From: Bdellovibrionales bacterium
GTDB lineage: Bacteria; Bdellovibrionota; Bdellovibrionia; Bdellovibrionales; UBA1609
Direction: 5' to 3'
Assembly: GCA_965199825.1 (NCBI GenBank)
Contig: OZ241329.1
Location: 2,240,001-2,304,000 of the forward strand
Length of the DNA stretch: 64,000 bases
The translations under genes and the position numbers were made by a program. Below are positions 38,042 to 48,726 of the stretch, in pieces. Below the pieces are notes generated by a model. That model made no database searches. It saw only the letters and a list, made by a program, of their open reading frames with translations, and had not been told where the DNA came from. Position 1 is the stretch's first letter; each line of letters starts with the position of its first letter.

Positions 38042-40654
38042 ATGAAAAAACCCATTTTGATTCTTTTTGGTGTCGTCTTTTTTATTTTAGCAACCTATGC
38101 GGTCTTAAGTCAGACATTGCTGCACTCTTTAGCCACCCAAAAAATTTTGGCGGCGGCTCACGAAGCTCATGTGGATTTGCGATTTGATCGACTCAAAGTG
38201 GATCTCTTGCCCATCGGCGTGACGCTTGAAGGTGTTTCGGTCGAAATTCCTAAACAAATCCGGTCGCACATCGAAACCGCCGAAGTCTCGATTTCAATTT
38301 TGCATCTCTTCATTTTTGACCTCAAATTAAAAGTTTTTGTTGATTCAGGTCATTTTGAATTCTTTGAAAAACCATCAACTCCATCACAAACCACCGCGGC
38401 ATCCACCGAAACTTCGGTGCCTCAACTTCCTCTTTCAATTTCTTTGAAATTTGAAGGCCGTAATTTAAATTTTAAAAAATCAGATCAAGAAATCGAACTC
38501 AAAAAGTTAGAATTTGAAAAATCAAATTTGCTCGATCTTAAAAAACCATTTGCTGTTGCGGTGGAAGGCGACTTGATGTCGCTCCCATTTACAATTGAGT
38601 CAGCAAAAGTTTTTGCCAATCCCACCGAATTTGAATGCGAAAAATTCACTCTGACCGCCGCAGGAATTAAGCTCAAAGGCTCGGCCTCGGGGACAACCGA
38701 TTTGAGTCTCTTTAAGTCCTCAGGCGAGTTGATTGGAAAAGATCTTGGCGCTATACCGGTTGATCATTTTACCAATAAAATTAAATCTTTAAGTGGAGAT
38801 CTTGAGGCGACTTATATGATCGATCGCGCGCCTCAAAAAGCTCTCGAATTCCAAATCAAGGCCAAATCAACAAAGGCCACTGCGACTCTAAATCATCCCC
38901 AAGTCATTGGGCTGGTCGAGGTCGCATTGGCGCTGGATGTAGAAGCAGCCAACAATCAGCTAAAAGTCCAAAATAGTTTTATCACTGCCAATCTCAACGA
39001 GGCCGAAATTCATTCCAGCTATTTTGAAAAACCAAAAAAAATTCCGCTTGAAGTCTCAAGTGAATTTTCGGGTGATCAAAAAAATGTTGTTCTCAAAAAT
39101 TCGCATCTCAAATTCGCTCAAGCTCTTTTGCAATTCGAAGGAGCACTCAAAGATGCTTTGACTGAGCCGGTTTTAGATCTCTCCTATCAGCTCCCTCAGA
39201 TGAGCCTTTCGCAGATTCAACCATTCTTGCCAATGCTCAAAAAATCTCCACTGAGTGGCAATGCTTTAGTTCAAGGGACCGCATCGATTCCGTTAAAGGA
39301 TCCCAAAAAGTTAAGTGCCGAGGTCAAAAAACTTGAACTCAAAAATGTAAAAGGCCATTTGCAAATGTCACCCGCACTGTCGGGACCATTTGAATTTGAC
39401 CTTGATGCTTCGGCTTCTATTGATAAATCATTGGTCAAAAAATTAGATTCTCAGGGTCAGCTGCATTTTGATCCCTTAAATTTAAAATTTAAAAGTCATG
39501 TGACAAATCTTAAAAATGTTTCTGCCGAATTGAATGGTGAGGTCACCGATTTTAAAAAGCTTGCCGCATTCAATCCAAATTTAAGTCAGATCGAGGGCAA
39601 ATCCCAATTTCAAATTCGTGTCAGTGGGCCGTTGACCTTGAGTACTCCTGTTATGGATTTGTCCCTGACCACCACGGGATCAGTCAAAGTACAAATTCCG
39701 AAATACAAATCAATGAGTGTGGTGAGTTCCCCGAAATTGCCTGCACCTCACTTAAGTGCAGCCCCCTTAAAACCCAAACCTTTTTTAAGCCAACAAAAAA
39801 TATTTAACGACATGAACATTGAATTTGCACTCAACTTAAATGAAGCGCAGTTCAATCAAATTGTTGCAAAAGATGTGAGTCTTAAATCTCGTTTTACAAA
39901 TCAGGGTTTAAAAGGTGAGGTGCGCATTGGTTCGATTTTTGATGGATCGGTGACCGCTTCAAATTTGAGTCTCAATCCCTTTCGACCCAACTCATTTGCC
40001 CAAGGCCGCTTAGGGTTTAATCAAATCAATGTCGAAAAAATGCTTAAAGGTGTAAAGCCAGAATTCGCCGATTATGCATCGGGAATCGCCTCTGGAAATT
40101 TGCAATTTGAGAGTCCAGATCCACGGATCTTAAATTTTCAAAAAGAGGTGAGTGCCAATGGTCAAATGCAGGTGAGCCATGCTCGCTTAAAATCTGCACC
40201 GATCAAAGCGATGGCCCAAAAGTTTTTGGCTAAAATTCCTGGAGTTTCTGTCAAGACCGATCAAATTCAAGATGTGGCAATGAAGGCGGACTTAAACTTA
40301 ACCCTCAAAGACAATGTGGCAAATCTTCATCCCTTTCATGCGGTGAGCGAGCAAAATGATGATCTTCATTTTGAAGGAACGGTCTCGCTTGATCTTCTGG
40401 CTCACCTTAAGGGCGAAATGCACATCGCCAATTCTCCGTTGGGAGGAAGTTTGCTCAAGGCCAATCAAGATGAAAAGGGCAGGCTCGTTTTGCCGCTCGA
40501 GATCAATGGCAACTTGATGGATCCAAAAATTAATTTCGCCGAAGCCACAATCGAAAGAATGTTACATAAAACTTTTCAGCTCGAAAAAGACAATTTGCTC
40601 AAAAATGCGGGCGACCAACTGAAAGATAAATTGAAAGGAATTTTTGGCAAATGA
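38042..40654 (+). CDS. AsmA-like (bridge-type lipid transfer) protein
   Basis: N-terminal TM anchor, long beta-rich body, C-terminal LPLEINGNLMDPKI and amphipathic tail. Confidence 0.7.
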   Translation: MKKPILILFGVVFFILATYAVLSQTLLHSLATQKILAAAHEAHVDLRFDRLKVDLLPIGVTLEGVSVEIPKQIRSHIETAEVSISILHLFIFDLKLKVFVDSGHFEFFEKPSTPSQTTAASTETSVPQLPLSISLKFEGRNLNFKKSDQEIELKKLEFEKSNLLDLKKPFAVAVEGDLMSLPFTIESAKVFANPTEFECEKFTLTAAGIKLKGSASGTTDLSLFKSSGELIGKDLGAIPVDHFTNKIKSLSGDLEATYMIDRAPQKALEFQIKAKSTKATATLNHPQVIGLVEVALALDVEAANNQLKVQNSFITANLNEAEIHSSYFEKPKKIPLEVSSEFSGDQKNVVLKNSHLKFAQALLQFEGALKDALTEPVLDLSYQLPQMSLSQIQPFLPMLKKSPLSGNALVQGTASIPLKDPKKLSAEVKKLELKNVKGHLQMSPALSGPFEFDLDASASIDKSLVKKLDSQGQLHFDPLNLKFKSHVTNLKNVSAELNGEVTDFKKLAAFNPNLSQIEGKSQFQIRVSGPLTLSTPVMDLSLTTTGSVKVQIPKYKSMSVVSSPKLPAPHLSAAPLKPKPFLSQQKIFNDMNIEFALNLNEAQFNQIVAKDVSLKSRFTNQGLKGEVRIGSIFDGSVTASNLSLNPFRPNSFAQGRLGFNQINVEKMLKGVKPEFADYASGIASGNLQFESPDPRILNFQKEVSANGQMQVSHARLKSAPIKAMAQKFLAKIPGVSVKTDQIQDVAMKADLNLTLKDNVANLHPFHAVSEQNDDLHFEGTVSLDLLAHLKGEMHIANSPLGGSLLKANQDEKGRLVLPLEINGNLMDPKINFAEATIERMLHKTFQLEKDNLLKNAGDQLKDKLKGIFGK

Positions 40655-41565
40655 ACCACAGTATATTGGCTTACGAAAGAGCTGAGGCGATGGAAGTTTG
40701 GGGCCTATTCTTAAGCGTTTGGAATTACAATGTGTTCGCGGTGGACGGCAATGGGGTCTCTTTCGGAAAAATTGTTGCCGGAATTATTTTGTTTATTTTT
40801 GGGATTGCACTCGCACGAAAAATTTCGGGACGGATCGAAAAGCGATTTCTGATGCGAATGGATATTGATGCATCGGTGCGCTACAATCTGCGATCGATTA
40901 TTCTTTATCTGCTTGTGATTTTTAATGCCCTCTTTGTGATGCGCCTTTTAAATATTCCGCTCACTGTTTTTGCGGTGGCTGGGGGAGCGCTTGCAATCGG
41001 AATCGGATTTGGCAGTCAGAATATTGTGAATAATTTTATTTCAGGTTTAATCATTATGGTCGAGCGGCCTGTTCGAGTGGGCGACGTGATCGAAATCGGC
41101 GACCTCTCAGGCACGGTGGAACAAATTGGGGCCCGATCCACCCGGGTCAAGACCGCACTTAATACCCGAATCATCGTTCCGAATAGCACATTTTTAGAAA
41201 AAAATATTGTCAATTGGACCCTTGGCGACAAGATCGTTCGCTGTAAGGTGAGCCTTGATGTTTCTTATAACAATAAGATTCAGCAAGTGATCAAAGTGTT
41301 AACCGAAATTGCTTTAGAAGATGCCGATGTCGTCAAACATCCCGTACCGATGGTGGTGGTTTCAGATTTTAGCGAGAACGCGATAAAATTTGATGTGTTC
41401 TATTGGGCTCAAGTGGGGGGCTCAAGAACATTGGTCGAAATCGCGAGTGATATTCGTATTGCGGTTCATGGTCGGTTTGAAAAAGAGCAGCTCTCGCTCG
41501 CTTATCCCAAAAAAGCATCACCAACCCAAATTCAGGTCTTAAGCCTTCCACCTCCTCAAGGATAA
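40651..41565 (+). CDS. MscS-family mechanosensitive channel
   Basis: GIGFGSQNIVNNFISG..ERPVRVGD, IGARST, IIVPNS. Confidence 0.92.
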   Translation: MNHSILAYERAEAMEVWGLFLSVWNYNVFAVDGNGVSFGKIVAGIILFIFGIALARKISGRIEKRFLMRMDIDASVRYNLRSIILYLLVIFNALFVMRLLNIPLTVFAVAGGALAIGIGFGSQNIVNNFISGLIIMVERPVRVGDVIEIGDLSGTVEQIGARSTRVKTALNTRIIVPNSTFLEKNIVNWTLGDKIVRCKVSLDVSYNNKIQQVIKVLTEIALEDADVVKHPVPMVVVSDFSENAIKFDVFYWAQVGGSRTLVEIASDIRIAVHGRFEKEQLSLAYPKKASPTQIQVLSLPPPQG

Positions 41566-41569
41566 AAAC

Positions 41570-42148
41570 ATGTTTTCATTTATACAAAATATTGACGATG
41601 CCATTTTTAAATTCGTAAATTCCTCGATGACCCACCCTATGCTGGACTCCTTTTTCCCATGGCTTACCGGACTACAAAACGACGACACCTTTCGCTATCG
41701 AGTTTTACCCATTTTGCTTGGTGTTTTTATTTTGATACTTCGTATGAAAATGGTGCGAGCCATATTGGCGATCATTTGTGTTTTGATTGTGACCGATTCG
41801 ATTGGCAGCCGAATTTTTAAGCCTTTGTTTAATCGCACTCGTCCCAACAACCAAATTGAACAAAGTCATTCGATTTTGCGAATTCCCTATGGTCCACAGA
41901 GCGGGTCGTTTCCGAGTAATCATTCGATGAATAGTTTTGCGGTTGCAACAGTTCTTGTTTACTACTTTCCGCTGATTGCATTCCCGGTATTTTTTATTGC
42001 GGTCCTCTCGGGCTACGCCCGAATTTACGTCGGGGTACATTATCCCACCGACGTGATTATTGGAGCGATGCTTGGAATAGCAATTGCGATCTTGGTGCTC
42101 AAACTCTTAAATTATATTCCGCTATTTCGTCGCATCCGCGGCTTGTGA
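41570..42148 (+). CDS. PAP2-family phosphatase
   Basis: KPLFNRTRP, SFPSNH, ARIYVGVHYPTD. Confidence 0.92.
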   Translation: MFSFIQNIDDAIFKFVNSSMTHPMLDSFFPWLTGLQNDDTFRYRVLPILLGVFILILRMKMVRAILAIICVLIVTDSIGSRIFKPLFNRTRPNNQIEQSHSILRIPYGPQSGSFPSNHSMNSFAVATVLVYYFPLIAFPVFFIAVLSGYARIYVGVHYPTDVIIGAMLGIAIAILVLKLLNYIPLFRRIRGL

Positions 42149-44167
42149 ATTGAGCCGGCTCGGATTGTGATAGAGCAAATATTTTGCGGTTTCAAAAAGT
42201 CCTTCATTTAAGTTTTTGAGATTCTCAAAATCTTTGGGAAATTTTTTGGCTACATCTTGAGATGCGGGTGCGTTTCTGGTGGCATAAAGATGGGTCACAC
42301 CGCGTGCATCTCCGGATGAAAAAAACTGCGGGGTTAAAAGTCCAATGCCAGGCGGATTTTGATAATAGATGTAGCTCAATGCAAATCTTGAATCTTTAAA
42401 TTGGGGATCAAATAAATTTCGTCCAAACGCTCCATTTTCAAAATTTCGACCCATGAGGCCGGCTAAACTCGGAAGAACATCGGGTGAAGTTGCAATCTCG
42501 GTATTGATTGAGCCTTGAGGCCAATATTTTGGTGAATAAAGCGTTAAAGGCACGTGAAAGCGCGAGAGCAGATGTTCTTTTTCAAAAGGTGTCACATGAT
42601 CAGCCCCATCGTCAGGCAATCCATGATCTCCCACTACCACAAAAATGGTATTGCCAAAATAAGCCGATTTTTTGGCAAGCTCAAAGAAACGTCCAAGACT
42701 ATAGTCTGCAAAGCGCATCGAGTTGTATTCGTCATTTGAAATAAACCCGGAGTGGGCCAGTTGCTCTAAAGTTAAATTTTCAACCGCGAAATCGCCATGA
42801 TCGCTTGGTATGGTGTAGGGGCGATGAAATCCGGCGGTTTGGATAAACGCAAAAAATGGTTTTTTTGTTCCATGCTGAACCAGGCGCTCGTTCGCTTCTT
42901 CAAATAAATGAAGATCGGCAATGCCCCAAACATCGGTGCGTGGATGATGAAATTGACCTTCTTCAACAATGTCGACGCCAGAAATATTGTGAGCTAAGAC
43001 GCCGCGAATATTTCCCCAGTTCGCGCTTCCACCAATAAAATAAAATTTATCGTAATCGGTAAATGCATTGACGATGGTGTTTTGCTCAACAATCAGCGGA
43101 TTGCGCGAAGATGTTTTGTTGCCCGTCACATCAGGCACACCAGAGACATAACAAAATACCGAGCGCGCAGTGCCTTCGGCAGGAACATAAAACCGCGTAA
43201 AGGTGAGAGCATTTTTGGCGATCTTATCAAAATAGGGAGTGGGGTTCATCGGATGCCCCAAGAAGCCGGTTTTGTACGAGGCAAACGACTCCATGATGAT
43301 AAACACAACATTGGGCTTATCTTTTAAAACATTCGGCAGCGGTGTGAGATGAATGGGGCGCGCAAAATTTAAATTTTGATTATCTAATTTTTCGACACCG
43401 AAATATTTGGCAACCAGCGGATAAAACTTTTTTACTTTTCCGATATCAAAATCTTTTTCGCGATGATGAAGGGTATCAAAAAAATAGTGGACCGGATTAA
43501 TTCCAAGTGAGGACGTAAAGGCATCGGTGGTAAAAAAGGCCTCCGACCAACGCAAAGGATATTGCGAGAGTTTGCCGTGACCCAAGGCCGCAATAATGAT
43601 TAGCCCAGTGAGCCCACCAAAAATTCTTTTTTTAATCGGAAAATAAACAATCGCCAGATCACGAAAAATCAATCGGCGAAAAACCAAATAAAAAAACGCG
43701 AAGGCTCCAACCAACAAAAAGACGCTGGGTAAAATTGGGTAGGTCTGCCACACCATCTCAGCCGAAATCCAAAAATTTTCGAGAAAGCCGAGAACACTCG
43801 CATTGAGTCGACTGTGCAGGTAGGCAAAATATCCAAAATCAACCAAAAAAACCGCAATGAGAATCGTGACGATTGCGGCATAGACCACCGCCCACCATTT
43901 ATTTTTTGTGGGCGTGTTAAAAGGCCTAGGCCACAAAAACAATGGGAGCGACAGAGCAAGTGCAACACGCAGATCAAATTTTAAACCAAGGTAAAAAGCC
44001 CAGAGAGTGTCTGAGCTTGAAGGGTGGTTTGCAAGATGATGAAACCAGCCATAAAACCCTAATCGAAAAAGAGTCTCAAGACTCAAGATCAAGATGACGG
44101 TAAGAATTAAATTTCGTGCACGAAGGCCTAAAATTGAAAGCATCGTGGGGGTCTCCTTAAAATTCAT
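42122..44167 (-). CDS. LTA synthase / phosphoglycerol-transferase (sulfatase-fold) membrane protein
   Basis: N-terminal TM helices, PNVVFIIMES, GTARS, HRPY, VGDHG. Confidence 0.88.
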   Translation of the reverse strand: MNFKETPTMLSILGLRARNLILTVILILSLETLFRLGFYGWFHHLANHPSSSDTLWAFYLGLKFDLRVALALSLPLFLWPRPFNTPTKNKWWAVVYAAIVTILIAVFLVDFGYFAYLHSRLNASVLGFLENFWISAEMVWQTYPILPSVFLLVGAFAFFYLVFRRLIFRDLAIVYFPIKKRIFGGLTGLIIIAALGHGKLSQYPLRWSEAFFTTDAFTSSLGINPVHYFFDTLHHREKDFDIGKVKKFYPLVAKYFGVEKLDNQNLNFARPIHLTPLPNVLKDKPNVVFIIMESFASYKTGFLGHPMNPTPYFDKIAKNALTFTRFYVPAEGTARSVFCYVSGVPDVTGNKTSSRNPLIVEQNTIVNAFTDYDKFYFIGGSANWGNIRGVLAHNISGVDIVEEGQFHHPRTDVWGIADLHLFEEANERLVQHGTKKPFFAFIQTAGFHRPYTIPSDHGDFAVENLTLEQLAHSGFISNDEYNSMRFADYSLGRFFELAKKSAYFGNTIFVVVGDHGLPDDGADHVTPFEKEHLLSRFHVPLTLYSPKYWPQGSINTEIATSPDVLPSLAGLMGRNFENGAFGRNLFDPQFKDSRFALSYIYYQNPPGIGLLTPQFFSSGDARGVTHLYATRNAPASQDVAKKFPKDFENLKNLNEGLFETAKYLLYHNPSRLNSQAADATK

Positions 44168-44282
44168 TCGTAACGTAAGTTTTGGATAGAGAATAGTTTT
44201 TAGCCCTACAATGCCGGGCGTAATTGAGAACCATTCTTATTTCTTTGACTGCAATTCAAAGCTCCTCGATAACTGTGTCCCT

Positions 44283-44795
44283 ATGGAAACACTCAAAATA
44301 CCCCATTTGGTTCGTGGTTTGAAAAGCCCTCAAGAAGAGCAATTATTAAAGCGCGAAAAATTAAAGCCAGAAACTTCGAAGCGTATTATTCGTGACATGG
44401 GCCTTAAGGTCACAGGGCAGCGAATTGCGATTCTTGAATCGCTCACCTCGGGGCGTGCTCATGTGACTGCTCAAGAAGTTTTTGAGCAGGTTCACACCGG
44501 TCATCCAGAAATTGGTTTTGCAACTGTCTATCGATTTTTACGTAAACTCACCGAATCGGGTTACGTGACCGAAGTGCGCATGGGGGGATTGCCCGCTCGT
44601 TATGAGCTCACTCCCAAACGCCATCATGATCATTTGACCTGTGTCAGTTGCGGAAAAATTGTCGAATTTGAAAATACTCAGATCGAACATCTTCAAGAAA
44701 CAGTGGCAAAGAGTCATAACTTTAAATTAACCAGTCACGTGCTCGAACTGTATGGTGTGTGTTCCATTTGCCAATCGAGACAGCGCAGTGTCTGA
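44283..44795 (+). CDS. fur: Fur-family transcriptional regulator
   Basis: TGQR, ATVYR, HHDHLTCVSCG, GVCSIC. Confidence 0.9.
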   Translation: METLKIPHLVRGLKSPQEEQLLKREKLKPETSKRIIRDMGLKVTGQRIAILESLTSGRAHVTAQEVFEQVHTGHPEIGFATVYRFLRKLTESGYVTEVRMGGLPARYELTPKRHHDHLTCVSCGKIVEFENTQIEHLQETVAKSHNFKLTSHVLELYGVCSICQSRQRSV

Positions 44796-47352
44796 TTTTT
44801 TTGGGATCGAAGTTCGCGGTGCGCGCGAACACAATTTAAAATCGATCGATATCAAAATTCCTCATCACAAAATGACCGTGATCACCGGCTTGAGCGGCAG
44901 CGGAAAATCTTCGCTCGCCTTTGATACCATTTATGCCGAAGGTCAGCGCCGATATGTTGAGAGTTTGTCGGCCTATGCTCGCAATTATTTAGAACAGATG
45001 AAAAAGCCAGAGGTTGATTTTATCTCTGGCTTAAGCCCTGCCATTGCGATCGATCAAAAGTCGATCAGCACCAATCCTCGCTCGACGGTCGGAACAGTCA
45101 CCGAGATCTATGATTTTTTGCGATTGTTATTTGCTCGAGTCGGCACACCCTTTTGTCCCACACATCATATTCCGGTGGCGGGTCAAAGTGTTGAGCAGAT
45201 TATGTCTGATATTTTAAAAAAACCTCCAGGTACCAAGTTTCAAATTCTTGCTCCTGTGGCTCAAGCCCAAAAGGGTGAGTTTTTAGCCGAGTTTCAAAAA
45301 TGGCTTAAAAAAGGTTTTGTAAAAGCCAAGGTGGACGGCGAGTGGATCGAAATCGCCAATGCCCAAAAATTAAAAAAACGCCAGAGCCACGATATCGATT
45401 TGTTGGTGGATCGTTTGGTGATCAAATCGGGAGTGGAAACCCGACTCAAGGAGAGTTTGGATCGAGCCCTTACCATGACAAATGGTGTGATTACGGTGGA
45501 GATCATTGGTGGCGATACAAAAACCTATTCCACCACCAAAGCTTGCCCTCATTGCGGATTTAGTTTTCCAGAAATTGAGCCGCGTCTTTTTAGTTTTAAT
45601 AATCCTCGCGGGGCTTGTGAATTGTGTGCGGGTCTTGGCACTTTGGATTTGACCGAAGATGTGGTGATCGATGACGAGACCGATGAGAGCTTTGATGAAT
45701 ATGCGATAAAGGTTTGTCCTGATTGCAAAGGCACAAGGCTCAAACTTGAAGCCCGCAATGTTTTAATCGGTAATAAAAATATCGCAGAGCTCTCACGGCT
45801 TGCGGTCGAAGATCTTGAACCCTCGCTCAAACAATTTGAATTTACCACTAAACAACTTCACATTAGTGAAAAAATATTAGGTCAAATTTATTCGCGCATT
45901 GAGTATTTAAAACGGGTGGGCACAAGCTATCTTTCGCTCGATCGCCCCACACGCACACTCTCAGGCGGTGAGGCGCAGCGCATTCGATTGGCCACCCAAG
46001 TGGGATCAAGTTTAGTCGGTGTACTTTATGTGTTGGATGAACCAAGTATTGGTCTTCACCCCAGAGATCAAGAGCGGCTTTTAGGAGTGCTCAAAGAAAT
46101 TCGCGATCGCGGCAACACCATTTTGATGGTGGAGCATGATGAAGACACAATGAAAAATGCCGATTATCTGATTGATCTTGGACCTGGTGCGGGTCGTCTT
46201 GGCGGCAGCATCCTTGCTCAAGGTACACCCGAAGAGCTCGAAAAAGATGTTCTCAGTGTGACCGGCCAATTTTTGAGCGGCAAACACCGGATTACCGAAA
46301 GGCGTGAACGAAGGTCCGGCAATGGACAATTTTTAAAACTGACTAAATGTAGCGGCAACAATCTGCAAAATGTGGATCTCAAACTTCCGCTCGGAACTCT
46401 CGTCGGCGTAACAGGGGTCTCGGGCAGCGGTAAAAGCACTCTTATTCTTGATACCCTTTATCGCAAATTGGCTCAGCATTTTTATAAATCCTCACCTGTG
46501 CCTCAGCCCTTTCAAAAGATTGAGGGCATGGAGCATCTTGATAAGGTGATTGATATCAATCAAAAGCCAATTGGTCGCACGCCGCGTTCGGTGCCCGCAA
46601 CTTATGTGGGGCTTTTTCCATTGATTCGTGATTTGTATTCCAACATTCCCGAAGCAAAAATTCGGGGATATAAACCAGGACACTTTAGTTTTAATGTCAA
46701 AGGCGGAAGGTGTGAGGCCTGTCAGGGCGGGGGATACATCCGAGTTGAAATGCATTTTTTGTCGGATGTTTTTGTTCGCTGTGAAACCTGTCAAGGGCGC
46801 CGCTACAACCGTGACATTTTAAGTGTGAAGTATCGCGAAAAATCGATTGCCGATGTGCTCGCGATGACAGTGGGCGAGGCCGAAGAGTTTTTTCGTAATC
46901 ACAAACTGATTCATCGCAAACTCGAAACACTCAAAAAAGTGGGGCTCGATTATATTCAGCTGGGACAGAGCTCGACCACACTTTCGGGTGGAGAAGCTCA
47001 GCGGGTGAAGCTCTCAAAAGAACTTGCCAAACGCGGCACCGGAAAAACTCTTTACATCTTGGATGAGCCCACCACCGGACTTCATTTTGAGGACATCAGA
47101 AAATTGGTCGAACTTCTTCAAGACCTGACCGATCAAGGCAACACAGTGCTCGTGATTGAGCATCATATGGATGTGATTAAAGCATGCGATTATGTTGTGG
47201 ATCTAGGACCTGATGGCGGCATTCACGGTGGACAGATCGTGGCCTTTGGAACTCCTGAGCACGTGGCTGGGATCAAGAATTCAGAGACGGGGCGGTATTT
47301 AAAGAAGGCACTTGAAGCTCCCCACTCACACGATTCTGCGGCAGCGACGTAG
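44788..47352 (+). CDS. uvrA: Excinuclease ABC subunit A, lacking most of the insertion domain
   Basis: GAREHNLK, GLSGSGKSS, AEGQRRY, LSGGEAQR twice, GVSGSGKST. Confidence 0.96.
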   Translation: MSDFFGIEVRGAREHNLKSIDIKIPHHKMTVITGLSGSGKSSLAFDTIYAEGQRRYVESLSAYARNYLEQMKKPEVDFISGLSPAIAIDQKSISTNPRSTVGTVTEIYDFLRLLFARVGTPFCPTHHIPVAGQSVEQIMSDILKKPPGTKFQILAPVAQAQKGEFLAEFQKWLKKGFVKAKVDGEWIEIANAQKLKKRQSHDIDLLVDRLVIKSGVETRLKESLDRALTMTNGVITVEIIGGDTKTYSTTKACPHCGFSFPEIEPRLFSFNNPRGACELCAGLGTLDLTEDVVIDDETDESFDEYAIKVCPDCKGTRLKLEARNVLIGNKNIAELSRLAVEDLEPSLKQFEFTTKQLHISEKILGQIYSRIEYLKRVGTSYLSLDRPTRTLSGGEAQRIRLATQVGSSLVGVLYVLDEPSIGLHPRDQERLLGVLKEIRDRGNTILMVEHDEDTMKNADYLIDLGPGAGRLGGSILAQGTPEELEKDVLSVTGQFLSGKHRITERRERRSGNGQFLKLTKCSGNNLQNVDLKLPLGTLVGVTGVSGSGKSTLILDTLYRKLAQHFYKSSPVPQPFQKIEGMEHLDKVIDINQKPIGRTPRSVPATYVGLFPLIRDLYSNIPEAKIRGYKPGHFSFNVKGGRCEACQGGGYIRVEMHFLSDVFVRCETCQGRRYNRDILSVKYREKSIADVLAMTVGEAEEFFRNHKLIHRKLETLKKVGLDYIQLGQSSTTLSGGEAQRVKLSKELAKRGTGKTLYILDEPTTGLHFEDIRKLVELLQDLTDQGNTVLVIEHHMDVIKACDYVVDLGPDGGIHGGQIVAFGTPEHVAGIKNSETGRYLKKALEAPHSHDSAAAT

Positions 47353-48337
47353 GATAATTTTTTTGTAAAAACAAAATCACTTTTTCTCTCACTGCACATC
47401 TTAAATCAAAAGCGTTGGGTGAGTTTGCAGCGCTCATCAAAATTCGAATCTGCATGGTTCTTTCGGTGGCATCCACCACTTGGACCACGTTGGTGAGCCC
47501 ATCCCATAACGGCTCGTGTTTTAAAATGCGGGTCACTTCTTTTCTGAGCGCATCCATCGGAACTGTATAATCCAAAAACACCATCACATTTCCCAATAAC
47601 TGAGCCGAAGTTCTGGTCCAATTTTGAAAAGGCTTTTCGACAAAATAAGTGATGGGCAAAACCAATCGGCGTAAATCCCAGATGCGCACAACCACATAGG
47701 TCATAGTGATCTCTTCGACAATGCCCCATTCATTTTCGACCACCACCACATCTCCCAAACGAATGGGTTGGGTAAAGGCGATTTGCAAACCTGCGATCAG
47801 ATTGCCCAAAGATTTTTGGGCCGAGATCCCGATGATGGCTGAGGTCAATGCGGCCGAGGCCAAAAGACTGCCGCCAAAACTTCTTAACGCCTCAAAGCTT
47901 GAAGCAAAAAATGCGAGCGCAATAAACACCACAAAAATATTTGCCACTTGCTCAAGAAATTGCATTTGGGTGTTCAGTCGTCTTGCCCGAATGTCATTTG
48001 CGATATTGGTTTTGAACCGTCGTGAATAAATCGAGGTGACAAGCCCAATCAGCCGCACTCCGATCATCGCGGCCCCGTAAGTCAGGGCAAGCTTTGCCAC
48101 AAAAGAGACCACATCGGCCATGGAGTCGGGAAGGCCCGCATGTTGAGCGATAAAAAAGATCGGAACCGAAAAAAGCAGGGCATGCACCGGAAATAAAAAT
48201 CGTGAAACCAAAGAATCCAAATGAAGAGAACTTTTTTGGACTTTGACCAGCAACCAGCGAATGCCGATCGAGAGCACAATCACGAGAGCGGTGTAAAAAA
48301 CTAAAAGGATATACCAATTTTGATCAAATAAAAGCAT
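47273..48337 (-). CDS. MscS-family mechanosensitive channel
   Basis: AGLQIAFTQPIRLGD, WDLRRLVLP, FQNWTR. Confidence 0.9.
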   Translation of the reverse strand: MLLFDQNWYILLVFYTALVIVLSIGIRWLLVKVQKSSLHLDSLVSRFLFPVHALLFSVPIFFIAQHAGLPDSMADVVSFVAKLALTYGAAMIGVRLIGLVTSIYSRRFKTNIANDIRARRLNTQMQFLEQVANIFVVFIALAFFASSFEALRSFGGSLLASAALTSAIIGISAQKSLGNLIAGLQIAFTQPIRLGDVVVVENEWGIVEEITMTYVVVRIWDLRRLVLPITYFVEKPFQNWTRTSAQLLGNVMVFLDYTVPMDALRKEVTRILKHEPLWDGLTNVVQVVDATERTMQIRILMSAANSPNAFDLRCAVREKVILFLQKNYPTSLPQNRVSGELQVPSLNTAPSLNS

Positions 48338-48379
48338 AGCCCTATGTGTAAGCAAAATCACAGCGCCTAGGAAGTAAAA

Positions 48380-48595
48380 TTATTCTTGAGGCGCATCTTC
48401 TACGGTTGGAGCGGAATTGATATCACGAGTGGCGTCGTTGCACTGATCTTGTTGCGCCTTACAAAAACTGTCACGCGTTTTATAAGCTCTGTTATCAGTG
48501 GGATCTATACCCGCCATACAGTTGGTGTAAAGAATTTGGCAGCCCATTCCATCCGCGTGTGCAAAACTCATAAATAGACTTAAAATCAGAATCAT
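48380..48595 (-). CDS. Small secreted twin-CX6C protein
   Basis: Signal ending AHA; CQILYTNC and CKAQQDQC; GAGG SD. Confidence 0.65.
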   Translation of the reverse strand: MILILSLFMSFAHADGMGCQILYTNCMAGIDPTDNRAYKTRDSFCKAQQDQCNDATRDINSAPTVEDAPQE

Positions 48596-48726
48596 ATCGT
48601 CCTCGATCCTTGATCTTATTTTAAGATAAATTGCCCAAATTCTAAAGGGCCAACTGATTCTATCTCAAAATGAGAAATGTTTAGATTTCAAAAACGAATT
48701 CCGATGAGGACTCCAGGAGATTACCG

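Noticed and set aside
48643..48656. TAAAGGGCCAACT resembling the IS right end
   Set aside because: It is short and mismatched, with no partner repeat or transposase remnant.
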